Shown here in pieces: positions 1 through 11,031 of a DNA stretch of 64,000 nt. Position 1 is the stretch's first letter. Every line of letters starts with the position of its first letter. Source of the stretch: Nitrospirales bacterium (lineage in GTDB: Bacteria; Nitrospirota; Nitrospiria; Nitrospirales; UBA8639); assembly GCA_965203295.1 (NCBI GenBank), contig CBDBCZ010000018.1, forward strand, positions 96,001-160,000, given 5' to 3'. Below the pieces are notes generated by a model, which did not search any database, was not told where the DNA came from, and saw only the letters and a program-made list of their open reading frames with translations. The position numbers were made by a program, and so were the translations under genes.

Positions 1-372
1 CTTTTGGAGTGGCTCTCCCAGTACCTGCAGCACCTTCGCCCCCTCCTACCCGACAGTCCCATTCTGTTTCCAAATGCACGTGGGAACCCGTTTGACCATC
101 TATCTCGCAAAGTGCAGCAGCTGGGGGAACGTTACAATCTTAAGTTACCAACGGCAACAGAAGGGCGGCACACAGCAGCAACAGCGATGAAATGTTCAGA
201 CCAAGAGCGTGATGCTGTTGCCCTGACAATGTCACACTCCCGTGCGGTGCAGATGTCGTACTACGTAAATCTAAAATCAAAGGAAGAGGCAAGTAAAGGC
301 TTTGACATTCTGCAAGGTCTGCGCCAGGGCAAACTGGCTGCAGATACCAAGCCCAAGCGTGTGCCATACAGC
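1..372 (+). pseudogene. Tyrosine recombinase-like gene, C-terminal catalytic fragment (YR copy 1), truncated at the start of the Myb-like tail
   Basis: ORF 4..594 begins ...PTATEGRH...MSHS...SYY (box II Arg/His/Tyr region), very similar to the copy at 51.5-52.3 kb. Homology stops after KRVPY. Confidence 0.75.
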
Positions 373-642
373 ATCGATCGTCGCAACAAACTCAAGTCTG
401 GCAACAGCCAACCCTCATTCACCGCAGCCGCTCACTGTTCTGTTACATTAAGGTATACATCCTGTCTTGCATTACGTATCCCGGAAATACAGCCCCACCC
501 ACACTCGGACGTGCAATGCAGCCCCAGCCCCTCCGGGCGTAGCGACCAAGCCGACCAACCCAAGCTCCGTCAACCAGGAGACCAGGCTGCATAGCACCAG
601 CGTTCAGCAGTTTCTCTGTGCTACACAAAGTTCACGTTCCAG

Positions 643-692
643 GCACCTGAAGAAGGCTACTCCGTAAAGACTAAAGCCGAAACCGGTCATGC
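643..692 (+). ncRNA. Type I hammerhead ribozyme (minimal, PLE pLTR type)
   Basis: GCAC-CTGAAGA-A-GGCT...AGCC-GAAA-CCGG-TC-ATGC: catalytic core, stem II GGCT/AGCC, palindromic mini stem III, weak stem I. Confidence 0.8.
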
Positions 693-711
693 AACCTGTG
701 AACTGAAAACT

Positions 712-1290
712 GTGCAAGACCCTCTATTGTCATACTGCATTTTTTCAAGGTATTACCAAATATCATATCAAGTTCATTCCAACAACAGTCTATTATACTG
801 CATGAATTTTTGCATGGATGATAATATATCCATAGCATGCGTGGTAGCTAGCCTGAGTGGAAAAACTAAACCAGCTAGGCCCACTAAGTCTCCTAGTAGC
901 AAAGCCTCTACAGCTACTCCACTCAATCCTGAGACACCAGAACCTGTAGGAAGAAAGCAGAAAAGAAAAGCTTTACCTACTAGTGGAAAAAAGCAACCAC
1001 ATCCGACATCCACTAGGAAGCAGCCAGCTTCTAAAAGAATTGTCAAGTCGGGGAAGACTCCCCCTAAACCTAACCCCACATCACGCCCTGTAACTACTAG
1101 GGTAACCAGGTCTATGAGCAAAAGCTCACACACCTGACATATCTCCAACCAACCCTCCCCAGAACAAGAAAGGCATCGCCCACACGGAAGCTTCTCCTGG
1201 TAATCCCCACACTAGTGGAGAACCAACCCCACCCCCGGAAGATCCCCTACCCACCTCTATCACTGAGGCCTTGGAAAGGGACTCCCCTTC
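712..1290 (+). pseudogene. Probable 5' part of PLE ORF1 (Lys/Pro/Thr-rich), cut off by a telomeric tract
   Basis: Lies just downstream of a hammerhead, as ORF1 does at 26.4 and 41.6 kb. Same composition, and an EDPLP motif is shared with those copies. Confidence 0.5.
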
Positions 1291-1345
1291 CCCCAATCCT
1301 AACCCTAACCCTAACCCTAACCTAACCCTAACCCTAACCCTAACC
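1291..1345 (+). repeat. Telomeric repeat tract (CCCTAA)n
   Basis: About 9 near-perfect CCCTAA units. Confidence 0.95.
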
Positions 1346-1747
1346 ATATGCAAGGTGAGAATCGCGAAGCCATCCGTCCTTTCCATCAAAATACTCTTTT
1401 CCATTAATGTCAGAGAGTTTGTAGAGCGTCTGGGTAGGGTTCCAAGGCAGTAGACCAACGGCAAAAGAACCGGTACCTTCTCGAAAATGACCGCATGGTA
1501 AATCGGGTTGGATTATGCTACATCACGCGACAGTCACACGGGATCTGGGGACAGCCCCGCAAGATTAGTATCATTTCCGATTGAAGTAACTACCTGACTT
1601 CCTAATCTGCTAATACTAAGTCGCTATGCAACACGAGCTCCTCGAGACACGCGCAAGTCCACAGCTCGCGATTTGTAGCTGGTCACGCGGAGAAATTTGC
1701 CGCACGTAGTGAGGTAATGAATAATTAACGCAGTTGAAGGGTTAATC

Positions 1748-2132
1748 TAAGGTTCAGCACATCCCTTTTTAGGTTTAGCACTTTCGAACTGTTTACCTAA
1801 GGTTTAGCACTTTAAAGATCATAGTGAGGTTCAGCACATCACTATTTTTAGGTTTAGCACCTTTCCAAGGGTCTCCCTGAGGTTCAGCACAGCTATTAGT
1901 AAAGCACTTTTTAAACCTCCTGAGGTTTAGTACATCAGTCTATTCAGCTTCAGCACTTAAAAGGTCAACCTGACGTAAAGAACATTAATTTTAACACTTT
2001 TAAAAGATTTACCTGAAATTTAGCACTTTCCGAAGGTTTATTTGAGGTTCAGCACATAACGTTTTAAAGTAAAGCACTTTTAAACCTTGTCCTGAGGTTC
2101 AGCACATCACTCTATTGAGGTTTAGCCCTCAA
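1748..2132. repeat. ~390-bp tandem repeat built of AGGTTCAGCAC/AGGTTTAGCAC sub-motifs, left part
   Basis: Nearly identical to 14081-14435; the array is split by the piggyBac insertion. Confidence 0.85.
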
Positions 2133-2604
2133 CCCTTTAACCCCGATAGTAGCCTTTTGGCACATTTCCGCGTAACCCCGATTGTAGCCTTTTGGCTACA
2201 TAGCCGATTTGCCTTTCACACGCAGCGCAGGGAAAGAACTACTACTATCTGAGTACATATAAATATACAGCTGGGCAAGGGGTACACTTACAGGGCGCTC
2301 CATGAAGCGCCGGTATAATCTAGTACGTAGACAAGAGTAAACATGCCGGTCAGCTGGACCGCTCATGAAAACATAGCGATGTAAATTACCTTGCATGATG
2401 GCATCACTTCCTAGGCGCGATAGGTAATTCGAACCAGCCGGTACAAGGGCGCGATCGCGCAGGCGGTAGTACCTCACTTCTAAGAGCTACTGAGTTGAGC
2501 GCTAGCACAGCAGTAAGCGAGAAACTTCCCGTGACTTTCGACATCAACCTCTGAACTTGGCAATCTTACTCAAGGAAGTAGGCGGAGCTCCGCGTTCTTT
2601 CATC

Positions 2605-4922
2605 ATGGCAGAGTCCCTCCCCGGCCCCTCCCACTACTATTCAACAGACGAGGTCCTAGAGTTGCTGGAGGACCAAGGTGACAATGATATTGACTTAGAT
2701 GTTGTGGAGATGAATGAGCCAGTGTGTGACGGCAGCGATGATGATTTAGAGCTGGAAAATGATAGGTGAGGAATATACAGGAATATCGGTGAAGTGGACT
2801 AGGACATTATGGCCAAGCAGCGCTAGCCACATCAGCAATTTTCTTTCTTTTAGATCTCCACTCTTCACTCCCTCTCCATTATCATCTCCGGGAGAGTATA
2901 TGTCTGGATTACGAGACACCAGGTAGATGAAGCACAACTAATGCACATGGAGCAGTCTCACTGAGGATGCTATACCATTATACGTAGTCCTGATGCGGAG
3001 AGCTCCTCTTCTGAGAGCAGTGGCTTAGAGAGCAGTGGATGTGAAGGAGCATCTCCCAGCAGGTAATAGCAATTGTGCGCTGATGACAGGTACCTACATG
3101 GGATGATTACTCCCAGTCCTCCCCATCATTGCTCTCCATGGTGTGGGCAAGCAGGGGTCGATGCAATCCCAGTGGACGCGGCAGAGGAAGAGGCAGGGGC
3201 AGGGGTGGTTAGGCGAGAGCTAGACAGGTGCGTGGCCGTGGGCGCGGCCGTGGCTGCAGGCGTGGCCGTGGCTGCAGGCGTGGCCAAGGGACTAGCAGGA
3301 GAGAAACACACCCTGCTGGTGACAACTCCAGGTAAACCAAAACTCTGCTATTATGAATTTCTATAAACACAAACCTACATGTGCAATGATACATTTCACA
3401 GCTCTTACCTAAAACTCCCATTTAGCCCTGGTGATCCAACCTGGCAGTCAGCTGCTCAGGTTGTGACGCTCCAGTCATTCGCAGAGAATGTAGGGCCAGC
3501 TGTTCTGGTAGCTGCGTCAATCCTCGAGATCTTCCGGCTTTTCTTTACTCGTGCATTGATGTCCACGGTGATACTGCAAACCAACCTCTACGCCCAACAG
3601 GTACTGGAGGAGAACTCAATTGATAGCTGGACCGATGTGACGGAGAGCGAAATTCTGGCGTTCCTTGGGTTTGCGATCCTGATGGGGATCAACCAACTTC
3701 CATCGCTGGCTGACTACTGGAAGAAAGACCCTTACTTCCACTACTCCCCTATCGCTGACCGAATTACTAGGGATCGGTTCCTCGAAATCTGGAAATATCT
3801 GCATTTTGTGGACAATTCGGACCTACCCAATCGATCGGATCCAGAGTATGATAGGCTATGTAGAGTTCGTCCTGTCATAGACAGTGTTCTGGAGGCATGT
3901 AAAGTGAATTACAGCCCACACCAGCACCAATCAATAGATGAGGCCATGATTGCCTTCAAAGGACGGAACTCCATGAAGCAAAATATGCCGAAGAAGCCAA
4001 CGAAGCGAGGTTTCAGTGTGTGGGTCCGGGCAGACAGCTCTAATGGATACGTCTCCCAATTTGAATTCTACACGGGGAAACAAGGAAGTAATGTAGAAGT
4101 CGGACTTGGGGGCAACGTAGTTACACGGCTCACCAGAGATCTTGTGGGCAAATTCTACCATGTCTTCATGGATAACTTCTTTTTCAGTGTTGCATTATTT
4201 CGAAGATTACTGGCTGACGACATTTATGCCACTGGTACCCTCCGATCCAACCGAAGGATGTTTCCCTCTGACCTGATTCCATTTGTGAAACGTGGACTTC
4301 CATCGAGGGGGGATATAGAGTTCCGTCAAGACGGCAACCTGGCAGTCATGGTGTGGCAAGACACTAAGGCTGTTGTCATTATGTCAACAGCACATAGCCC
4401 AGCGGCCACCACAACTGTAAGGAGGAAGAAAGGGGATGGGAGCATAACAGACGTTACGGCACCTAAGGCAATAGTAGATTATAATATGTACATGGGAGGA
4501 GTGGATCGGGGCGATCAATATAGGAAGTACTACCAGGTTAGGATGAAGTCTTGTAAGTCGTACAAGTATATATTTTGGTTTTTATTTGAAGTATGCGTTC
4601 TAAACTCATTTGTTCTTTATCGTTACAGTCCATGTATTAGTAGAAACCTTATTTAGATTTTAGAGCAGAATTAGCAAGGCAACTTATAGGCGAGTACTGC
4701 AGTCGAAAGAGGCGTGGTCGTCCCCTCTCTTCATCTACCCCCCCACCCAAACGAATTTCAGTTGCCCACTTCCCCTGCAAGACCAAAAAAGGCCGCTGTC
4801 AGCACTGCAGGAAGGGCTGGACTGTCTGGTTTTGTGGCCAGTGCAACAAGAGGCTCTGCCATAGCGGACAGAAGCAGAGTGACTGCTACCTGGCATACCA
4901 TACCCGCCTCGGTGTGACGTAA
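2605..4922 (+). pseudogene. piggyBac (PGBD4-like) transposase A, intron-containing, frameshift near 4650
   Basis: SIDEAM, FMDNFF and GGVDRGDQ catalytic motifs in ORF 3379..4656. The Cys-rich C-terminal domain (CQHC..CGQC..LCH..C..YH) is in a shifted frame. Short acidic and RG-rich 5' exons. Confidence 0.9.
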
Positions 4923-5491
4923 CTCCACCCCTATTTTTTGTATCCATCCTTCCCTTTATTATATCACCATACTTGTAGCTAACTCTCTAACACTGCTTGA
5001 TCAGTAACTTACAAGCCACTCACCGATCATGGTGCAGTCAATAACAACTTCAGAATGGCTAGAACCACGCAGAAGTCATCCAGTCTCGGCTTCAACGTGT
5101 AGTTCTCAGCGTGCCGCGTACATCGCTTCAGCATTTCCCCTCCCCATCAGTATCAGCAATGTAAACAGCATCTCTTTATCTACCTGGGTCTCGATTTGCT
5201 TCTTCGTAACGGCGTGCACGTAGCTTCCAGACAGCGAGTAACAAAATGGCAACCGAACCGCGTGAATTTTTTTTTTGGAACCACTTTCGACTTAGCCATT
5301 CTGCAAAACCGTGGTTTGCGCATGCGCAGATAAAGCCACACCTATAACCACGCCTACATTCCGTTAAAAGACTCACGACAATATTATTAGTGTAGGGACA
5401 GACATTGACAAAGACAAAACGAAGTATGTTTGCGTTGGAAACTGCATCACAGTATATTTGCAGTCTGCGGTGAGAATACTCAGTCACTAGC

Positions 5492-8474
5492 CTACCACTT
5501 CCCAGCGTTTTGCTGCCCTTTGGCAATGTTCTCTTTGAGGGAATGTGGCCTTTTAATGGAGCTGTTATGTTGTTTTATTGGAAGAAAATACTTGTCCTGT
5601 GAAGCTGAACGTTGCTTGCATAGTGCTCCAGCTGGTGCACGACCCTGAATTGCTACAGCCTTTCCTCTGCTTATTGTCTTTCTCCTCCTTCCTGCAGACT
5701 TTGCTTGGATTGGTATCCTTCGGCCTCTACGAAGAACTCCACCTTGTCGTGTAGTGACTGTTCCACCAAAACACCACCCAAATTTATGGAATGCTGATAT
5801 CAGGTGAGCGTTAGAAGGTTTGTTGGAGAGTACCTGATAGGTTTTAGTGAATTTCTCAGCACTTAACTTGAATTGATCATCTGCCATGAGGCGTTGTTTG
5901 ATATCACTAGCAATGGCATCAACTTTTTCGCAAAGCTCTTCTCGATTATCTTCCAGAGGAGAATTACTGGTTGTATTGTCATCAATGTCACTGGTTGAGC
6001 CATGTCGAATATGGTCCCAGCATGAGGAGGAGAAGTCAGGCAGCTCGAAAGTCTTAGAATCTGAACCCTTGTGCATCTCTTCCTGGGAAGTACACTTACC
6101 CTGACTGAGGGTGTTGTAGAATGAGAGATCCTGTATGGCATCTTCACCATAAGCTATATAGGCTAGCTTTCTCTTGCCTTCGGGATTCATTGTAGGAATG
6201 CAGTTGATAGAAGGAGATCCAAAATTGATAACAACTGCAGCTTGATGGCTACATGGGGAGCCGTCTTGTCCTTGTGGACATGTGCAGATACCAATTTCCA
6301 TGTCAACGTGGTAGATGACGCCTCTTTCTGTCTTACTGGGAACAGAATACTGGCTTTTTGTGAGCTGTTTTATGGCTTCCTTTGAGTATGCCCGTGCATG
6401 TAACCCTTGGAATCGAAGAGAGATAAAACGATCAACTCGAGAATGAGCAACACTCAGCAGTTTGCTTTGATAGTATCGCTCCATTGTTTCTGTGATGAAA
6501 TGGAACATCTGTATAAGGTAAGCCTTCACGCGGCTGAATACTAGCTCTTTTATAATACGCATGCCAGCTTCGGCATAATTGTTAGTGTGGTTGCCTCGGA
6601 CAAGGGTATTTTTTAGGTAGCAGAAAGCCCATTCCTTTCGACGAGGCCACAGTGTTTGAATGTAGCTAGAGAAGTTGGGGTACTTTATGGCTTCAGGTAT
6701 TTTCTGAAAATGGTCATATTTTCGCATTAGCTCCTCCTGTTTTGGCATACACTAATTCCTTCACACTTAGTATTAGAGTGACCCTGTCATTTTTGGCAAT
6801 ATGGTTCTTGCCATCGTGTAGCCATGTCCATCTGCTTTGCAAAAAATGAAAACTGCAAAGCAGAAGAACTGCATCTTGCCATACCCCTTGGATTGCTGCA
6901 CGTTCAGCAGAGCTGTCATCCGTCATGACAATGCTAGGGCCTTTCTTTGCTCCCTTACCGAAGAAGGCATTTTGTGGTAAGACATCAGCTAACATGTGAA
7001 GGCCTTGTTGAATTGTTGACTCCTGCTCATCTGATGCAATGATCACACCCAGGGGGACGCCGGAAGTAGGTGTACATGTTGAAATAACAAACACAGATGT
7101 GTTGTAACGATCTAGTGATGAAGTTGCATCACAAAAGACCATTTCTCCTGCTTGTTGAATGTTTTCATTGGCCCTTGCCATGAGTGGCGTGCAAATAGCT
7201 AAAATCATTGGTTGACATTTCTCCTTTTTCTTTTTCTGTTTTGCTAGCTTCAATTTCTTCTGTGGTGGTGGCTTGAATTCATCTGTGTCAATGTCAGATG
7301 TGTCTGTATCATCTTTAGGACACTGGTATGTTTGTAGTTTTGCTTGACCCCCCTTCTCTGAATTTGAGTTATTATAATCTGTTATTTCAGCTTCTAGCTG
7401 CAAAAACATATTCGGGCCATTCTCAGCACCCATTTCCATGGTTCGCCATTTGTCATAGAGTCGGCTGTAATCTGGAACAGTAGGATTGATGGCTCTATCT
7501 GCTAGTGCCTTCTGCGTCTCTTTCCCGTCCTCTGCACACTGCAGCATCAAATCAGTCTCATGGGCATGCCTTGCGGAGGCTGCAGTGTGACCTTTTGAGA
7601 ATAGAGAATAGATTTGCTGTTTCGTGACTTCTGGGATAGGACGGAAGCTAAGACTGTGTGCTGAGTAAACAGGATGATTGTGGCTAAATTCCAGCTTTAA
7701 TACTGCTTTGTGAGTGAGTAGGTATGGGCAAGATTCAGACAGAAATGTTTGTTTCTTTGTTGGAATCAGGACAGTTAATGTTAGTCTGGAAGGACATTCT
7801 GTCTTTTTGTTTCGTAGCCCTGCTGTGAGTGGATATTTAGGAGACTTGGTAGAGGCTCTCGCTCTTAGATGAGCCTGCATTTGTTTCTGGCTGAGCACTT
7901 TCCTATAGTGCTGGCAGTGCATGCTATACTTGGCAAGGACCCTTTTCATGGCAGCTTTAGTGGTTTTTGTGACACGGTAAGTACACTTGCTTTGCTCCAT
8001 GAATTCACTCATCCACTTGTCTGCCTCATTCTTTGTAGACAAGTTAATACGGAGCGCGGTCTGGAATTGTGGCGAATCATTCATAATCGATGATTCAACT
8101 TTCAGGTTTTCAATGACATATGTATATTCATTTGAAGGTGGTAATATATGATGCAAGATGCTGGGGCACTCATCTCTGTTCATTACTGAGTGTTTATCAG
8201 TTTCTTTGATGCCTTTTGAAGTAGATGGACTTTGTTGAGCCTGTGAGTCAGCATCAGACTCAATGTCACTTGATTCAGAATATGAGGAAGATGCAGAATG
8301 TGTATTTTTACCACTGCACTGCTCTTCCCCCACAGTGATATCGTCTTCAATCCTCGCAGAAAGTGTTGACGATGAAGTAGAAACACATGGATCCATAGAA
8401 TGGGTGAGAGGGAAGGAGATCGATTGACTCTTCAGTTCACCTTTTATGCGGTGACGAATGGCTGGCATGTCAGC
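5492..8474 (-). pseudogene. MULE transposase with SWIM zinc finger, one frameshift near 6714-6748
   Basis: VFCDAT, MTDDSSAER, LLCSFH, TNNYAEAG motifs; SWIM CTC..PCSH; upstream HNH/WRKY-like region. Confidence 0.88.
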
Positions 8475-8646
8475 CTATAAAATGATTATGGTGAGTATGA
8501 TTGCATGCAGTAGGAGGATGTAGCATAGTTTACGTTCTAATGAATTAAATAGAGGCCAATGCATGTTTGGTCAGTGTTTAATTTCCGAAAGATAAAAGGA
8601 CAGATCAAGCCTAGTCAAGTGCATACATACCATGTACTAAGTATAG

Positions 8647-9281
8647 CCTAGATCACAGCAAAGAGGATCTTAACTGATATAGACACCCATGTGAAAATCA
8701 CAGTCCAAGGACGTGTTAATTGACTGAGGGTGCAGCCCTTGTGCCCTCAGTCATTTAACACTATCCAAGGGTGAGGGATCTTCCCAAGGGTGGTCTTATG
8801 TCAGTTAGACCACTCATGAATAATCAATGAGCATGGAAGCTTTGACGTTCTTGTTTAGACCCAGGGTGTTCATGTCAGTTAGATCCCTGTGTACAAAATA
8901 CTTTTAACACCCACTTGAGAATTAATAGCACTGCACTCGGTTAGATCATGCACAGCATGCACTCAGGATCTAACTGACAAAGACCACCCTTGGGAAAATC
9001 CCTGACCTTGGACTGTGTTAATTCACCTCGGGCTGCGCCCTCGGACAATTAACACAGTCCTCGAGCTCTGATTTTACCAGGGGTGTCTATGTCAGTTAGA
9101 TCCCTGTTGCTGTGATCTAACCTCAAAGTACTTGCTTAGGCCACACCCTGCTGTTACTGTAAATGGATGTTAAGTGGGTGTTAAAAGTGCTATGTACACA
9201 GGGATCTAACTGACAAGAACACCCAGGTTTCTAGCCAAGAACCTCAAAGCCATTCCATTGATTATTCATGAGTGGTCTAAT
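8647..9281. repeat. Compound palindromic non-coding element in the MULE intron
   Basis: Two hairpin modules centred on GAGGGTGCAGCCC / CTCGGGCTGCGCCCTCGG, repeated GATCTAACTGACA motifs in both orientations; 8805-8916 is the reverse complement of ~9172-9280. Confidence 0.7.
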
Positions 9282-9305
9282 ATTATGGATTCACAAGACA
9301 TATAC

Positions 9306-9925
9306 CTGTGTGAATGTCATTGGCTTGTCTTGAATTAGGCAGTAAGCATACTGCATGACAGAGAAGATAAACCAAATAAACTTACCAATTGGAATGCTCA
9401 GCAAATAGGAATGTCATGCACCTACCCGTAGAACAAAGACTCCACAGTCACGGGTGTTGTACTGACGTGGTATATCCTACAGTAAGGTGAATAATAAAGG
9501 TTTAAGCATGCATTATAGCTATCAAACCACTGTAAGTAGTGTGGTATTATACTTACTGATGCTGTGGTGGTTGTCCAGACATTCCAGTCAATCTCTGTGC
9601 CACTCCTCAATCTGCTTTGTCTTGAAAGGTACTCTCTACAACATTAATCGTTGTGCATAATACTGTGACCATTAGTATGGAAGGTCATTTCGGTGTAGCT
9701 TACTGCATTTGATCAAAGTAGAGGGCTCCACTTCCACCCATAGAATCATAATATGTCATTGACTTGTTCCTGCTAGCAACCTGGGTGATCAAGGATTTAT
9801 GTCAGTACAATTGTGTGTAAATGTCCACCGTCTGCACTACAGCTTGGTTACTTACAAGAAGACTCCAGTGATTGTTGCAGTGATTAATGGGTACTAGAAG
9901 AAACTTGGCATCAAACAACTTAGCC
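9306..9925 (-). CDS. Ulp1/SENP (C48) protease exons inside the MULE
   Basis: GT-AG bounded exons read KFLLVPINHCNNHWSLL / VASRNKSMTYYDSMG / DIPRQYNTRDCGVFVLR (9426-9476) / YAYCLIQDKPMTFTQ (9306-9350), giving the His-Asp-Gln-Cys catalytic motifs. Confidence 0.85.
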
Positions 9926-10526
9926 TGTATGTTATGGTGTATGCAGTTTTATGTATATTAATTATTCAACATTCAACACATAATTAATTCACCCACTCAC
10001 CTGTTTGTACCAACGATCAGTTGAACTAATCCCCTCTCTTCTAATTTTTGACATGAACTGGCAGCTGAAAACTTCTACACTGTCATGTGTTCTGTCATGT
10101 GTAGAAGATATTTGCGTTGACTGTTGTGCTTGCTCATTTCTGCAGGCCTGTGTAGAAGGAACAAATATTGCAGTTTGCTGGTGGCCATCACTCTAAGAGC
10201 CGAACGTACACTGTAGTGCTTACAAGTGACATACACTGAAGTGACAGTGAAGTGCTTACAGTTGCAATGGCTTCTCGGAGGTAGCACAGATACAAGTCTA
10301 TTACCTTAAAAGAGGAGTAGTGTAAATTTTTACCACCTGTAGCTTATTGATTTACAATGCCACAATTTTTTCTACCTGTATATCATTGACTTACTATGTC
10401 ATTAAGCCATTGTTCCCCGTCTGGACCACAAAGTAGATTCAGGTCACTTTCAGAGCACTTCACATCCCCTCTCAGATTCATTGTCTGGAGAATGTTTAGT
10501 TGCTGAATTACAGTGTTTACCATGTG

Positions 10527-10587
10527 TTAGTCTATCGAGCTACACCCTCCTCTAAGTGCAGAGGAGGATCTAGCTCGATAGACTAAC
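10527..10587. repeat. Tiny hairpin/MITE
   Basis: TTAGTCTATCGAGCTA..CCTCCTCT / AGAGGAGG..TAGCTCGATAGACTAA inverted arms. Confidence 0.7.
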
Positions 10588-11031
10588 CATGTGTCTGCAT
10601 ACCACTGAGTGTGTACCTTGCCTGCTGGTGACTCCTGCTGGGGTTGAGCTGGCTGGCGGCCTGTGTGCCGCGCCCTACCCTTGCAAAGAACGTCTTGCAG
10701 AGCAATCAGAGGGTGGGTGCATGCACAGCTGTGCTGGGTTCAAGCCTTGTAGCCCTCTACAAGAGTTACATAGATCCTGCTGAGGCCTAGACTAAGCAAT
10801 AGAAGATCCGTGCTGTAATTATCCCACGTAACTGTAGCCAGCAACCCGCCTTTTTTGACGAATGTAGGCGTGGTTATAGGTGTGGCTTTATCTGCGCATG
10901 CGCAAACCACGGTTTTGCAGAATGGCTAAGTCGAAAGTGGTTCCAAAAAAAAAATTCGCCCGAACCGCGTGCTACTCGCGGAAATAATTCAGGAAACGCA
11001 GTGACGCAACCGAAATAATTTTCGGGGTTAA

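Larger units (their letters stand above)
5262..10959 (-). mobile_element. Mutator/MULE DNA transposon, ~5.7 kb
   Basis: ~100-bp near-perfect TIRs (5262-~5360 vs ~10860-10959) and 9-bp TSD CCGAACCGC (5253-5261, 10960-10968). Confidence 0.92.

Noticed and set aside
1126..1464. ORFs with PNPNPN / LTLTLT / VRVRVR / LGLGLG runs (also at 22360-22734 and 50120-50467)
   Set aside because: Translations of (CCCTAA)n, not proteins.
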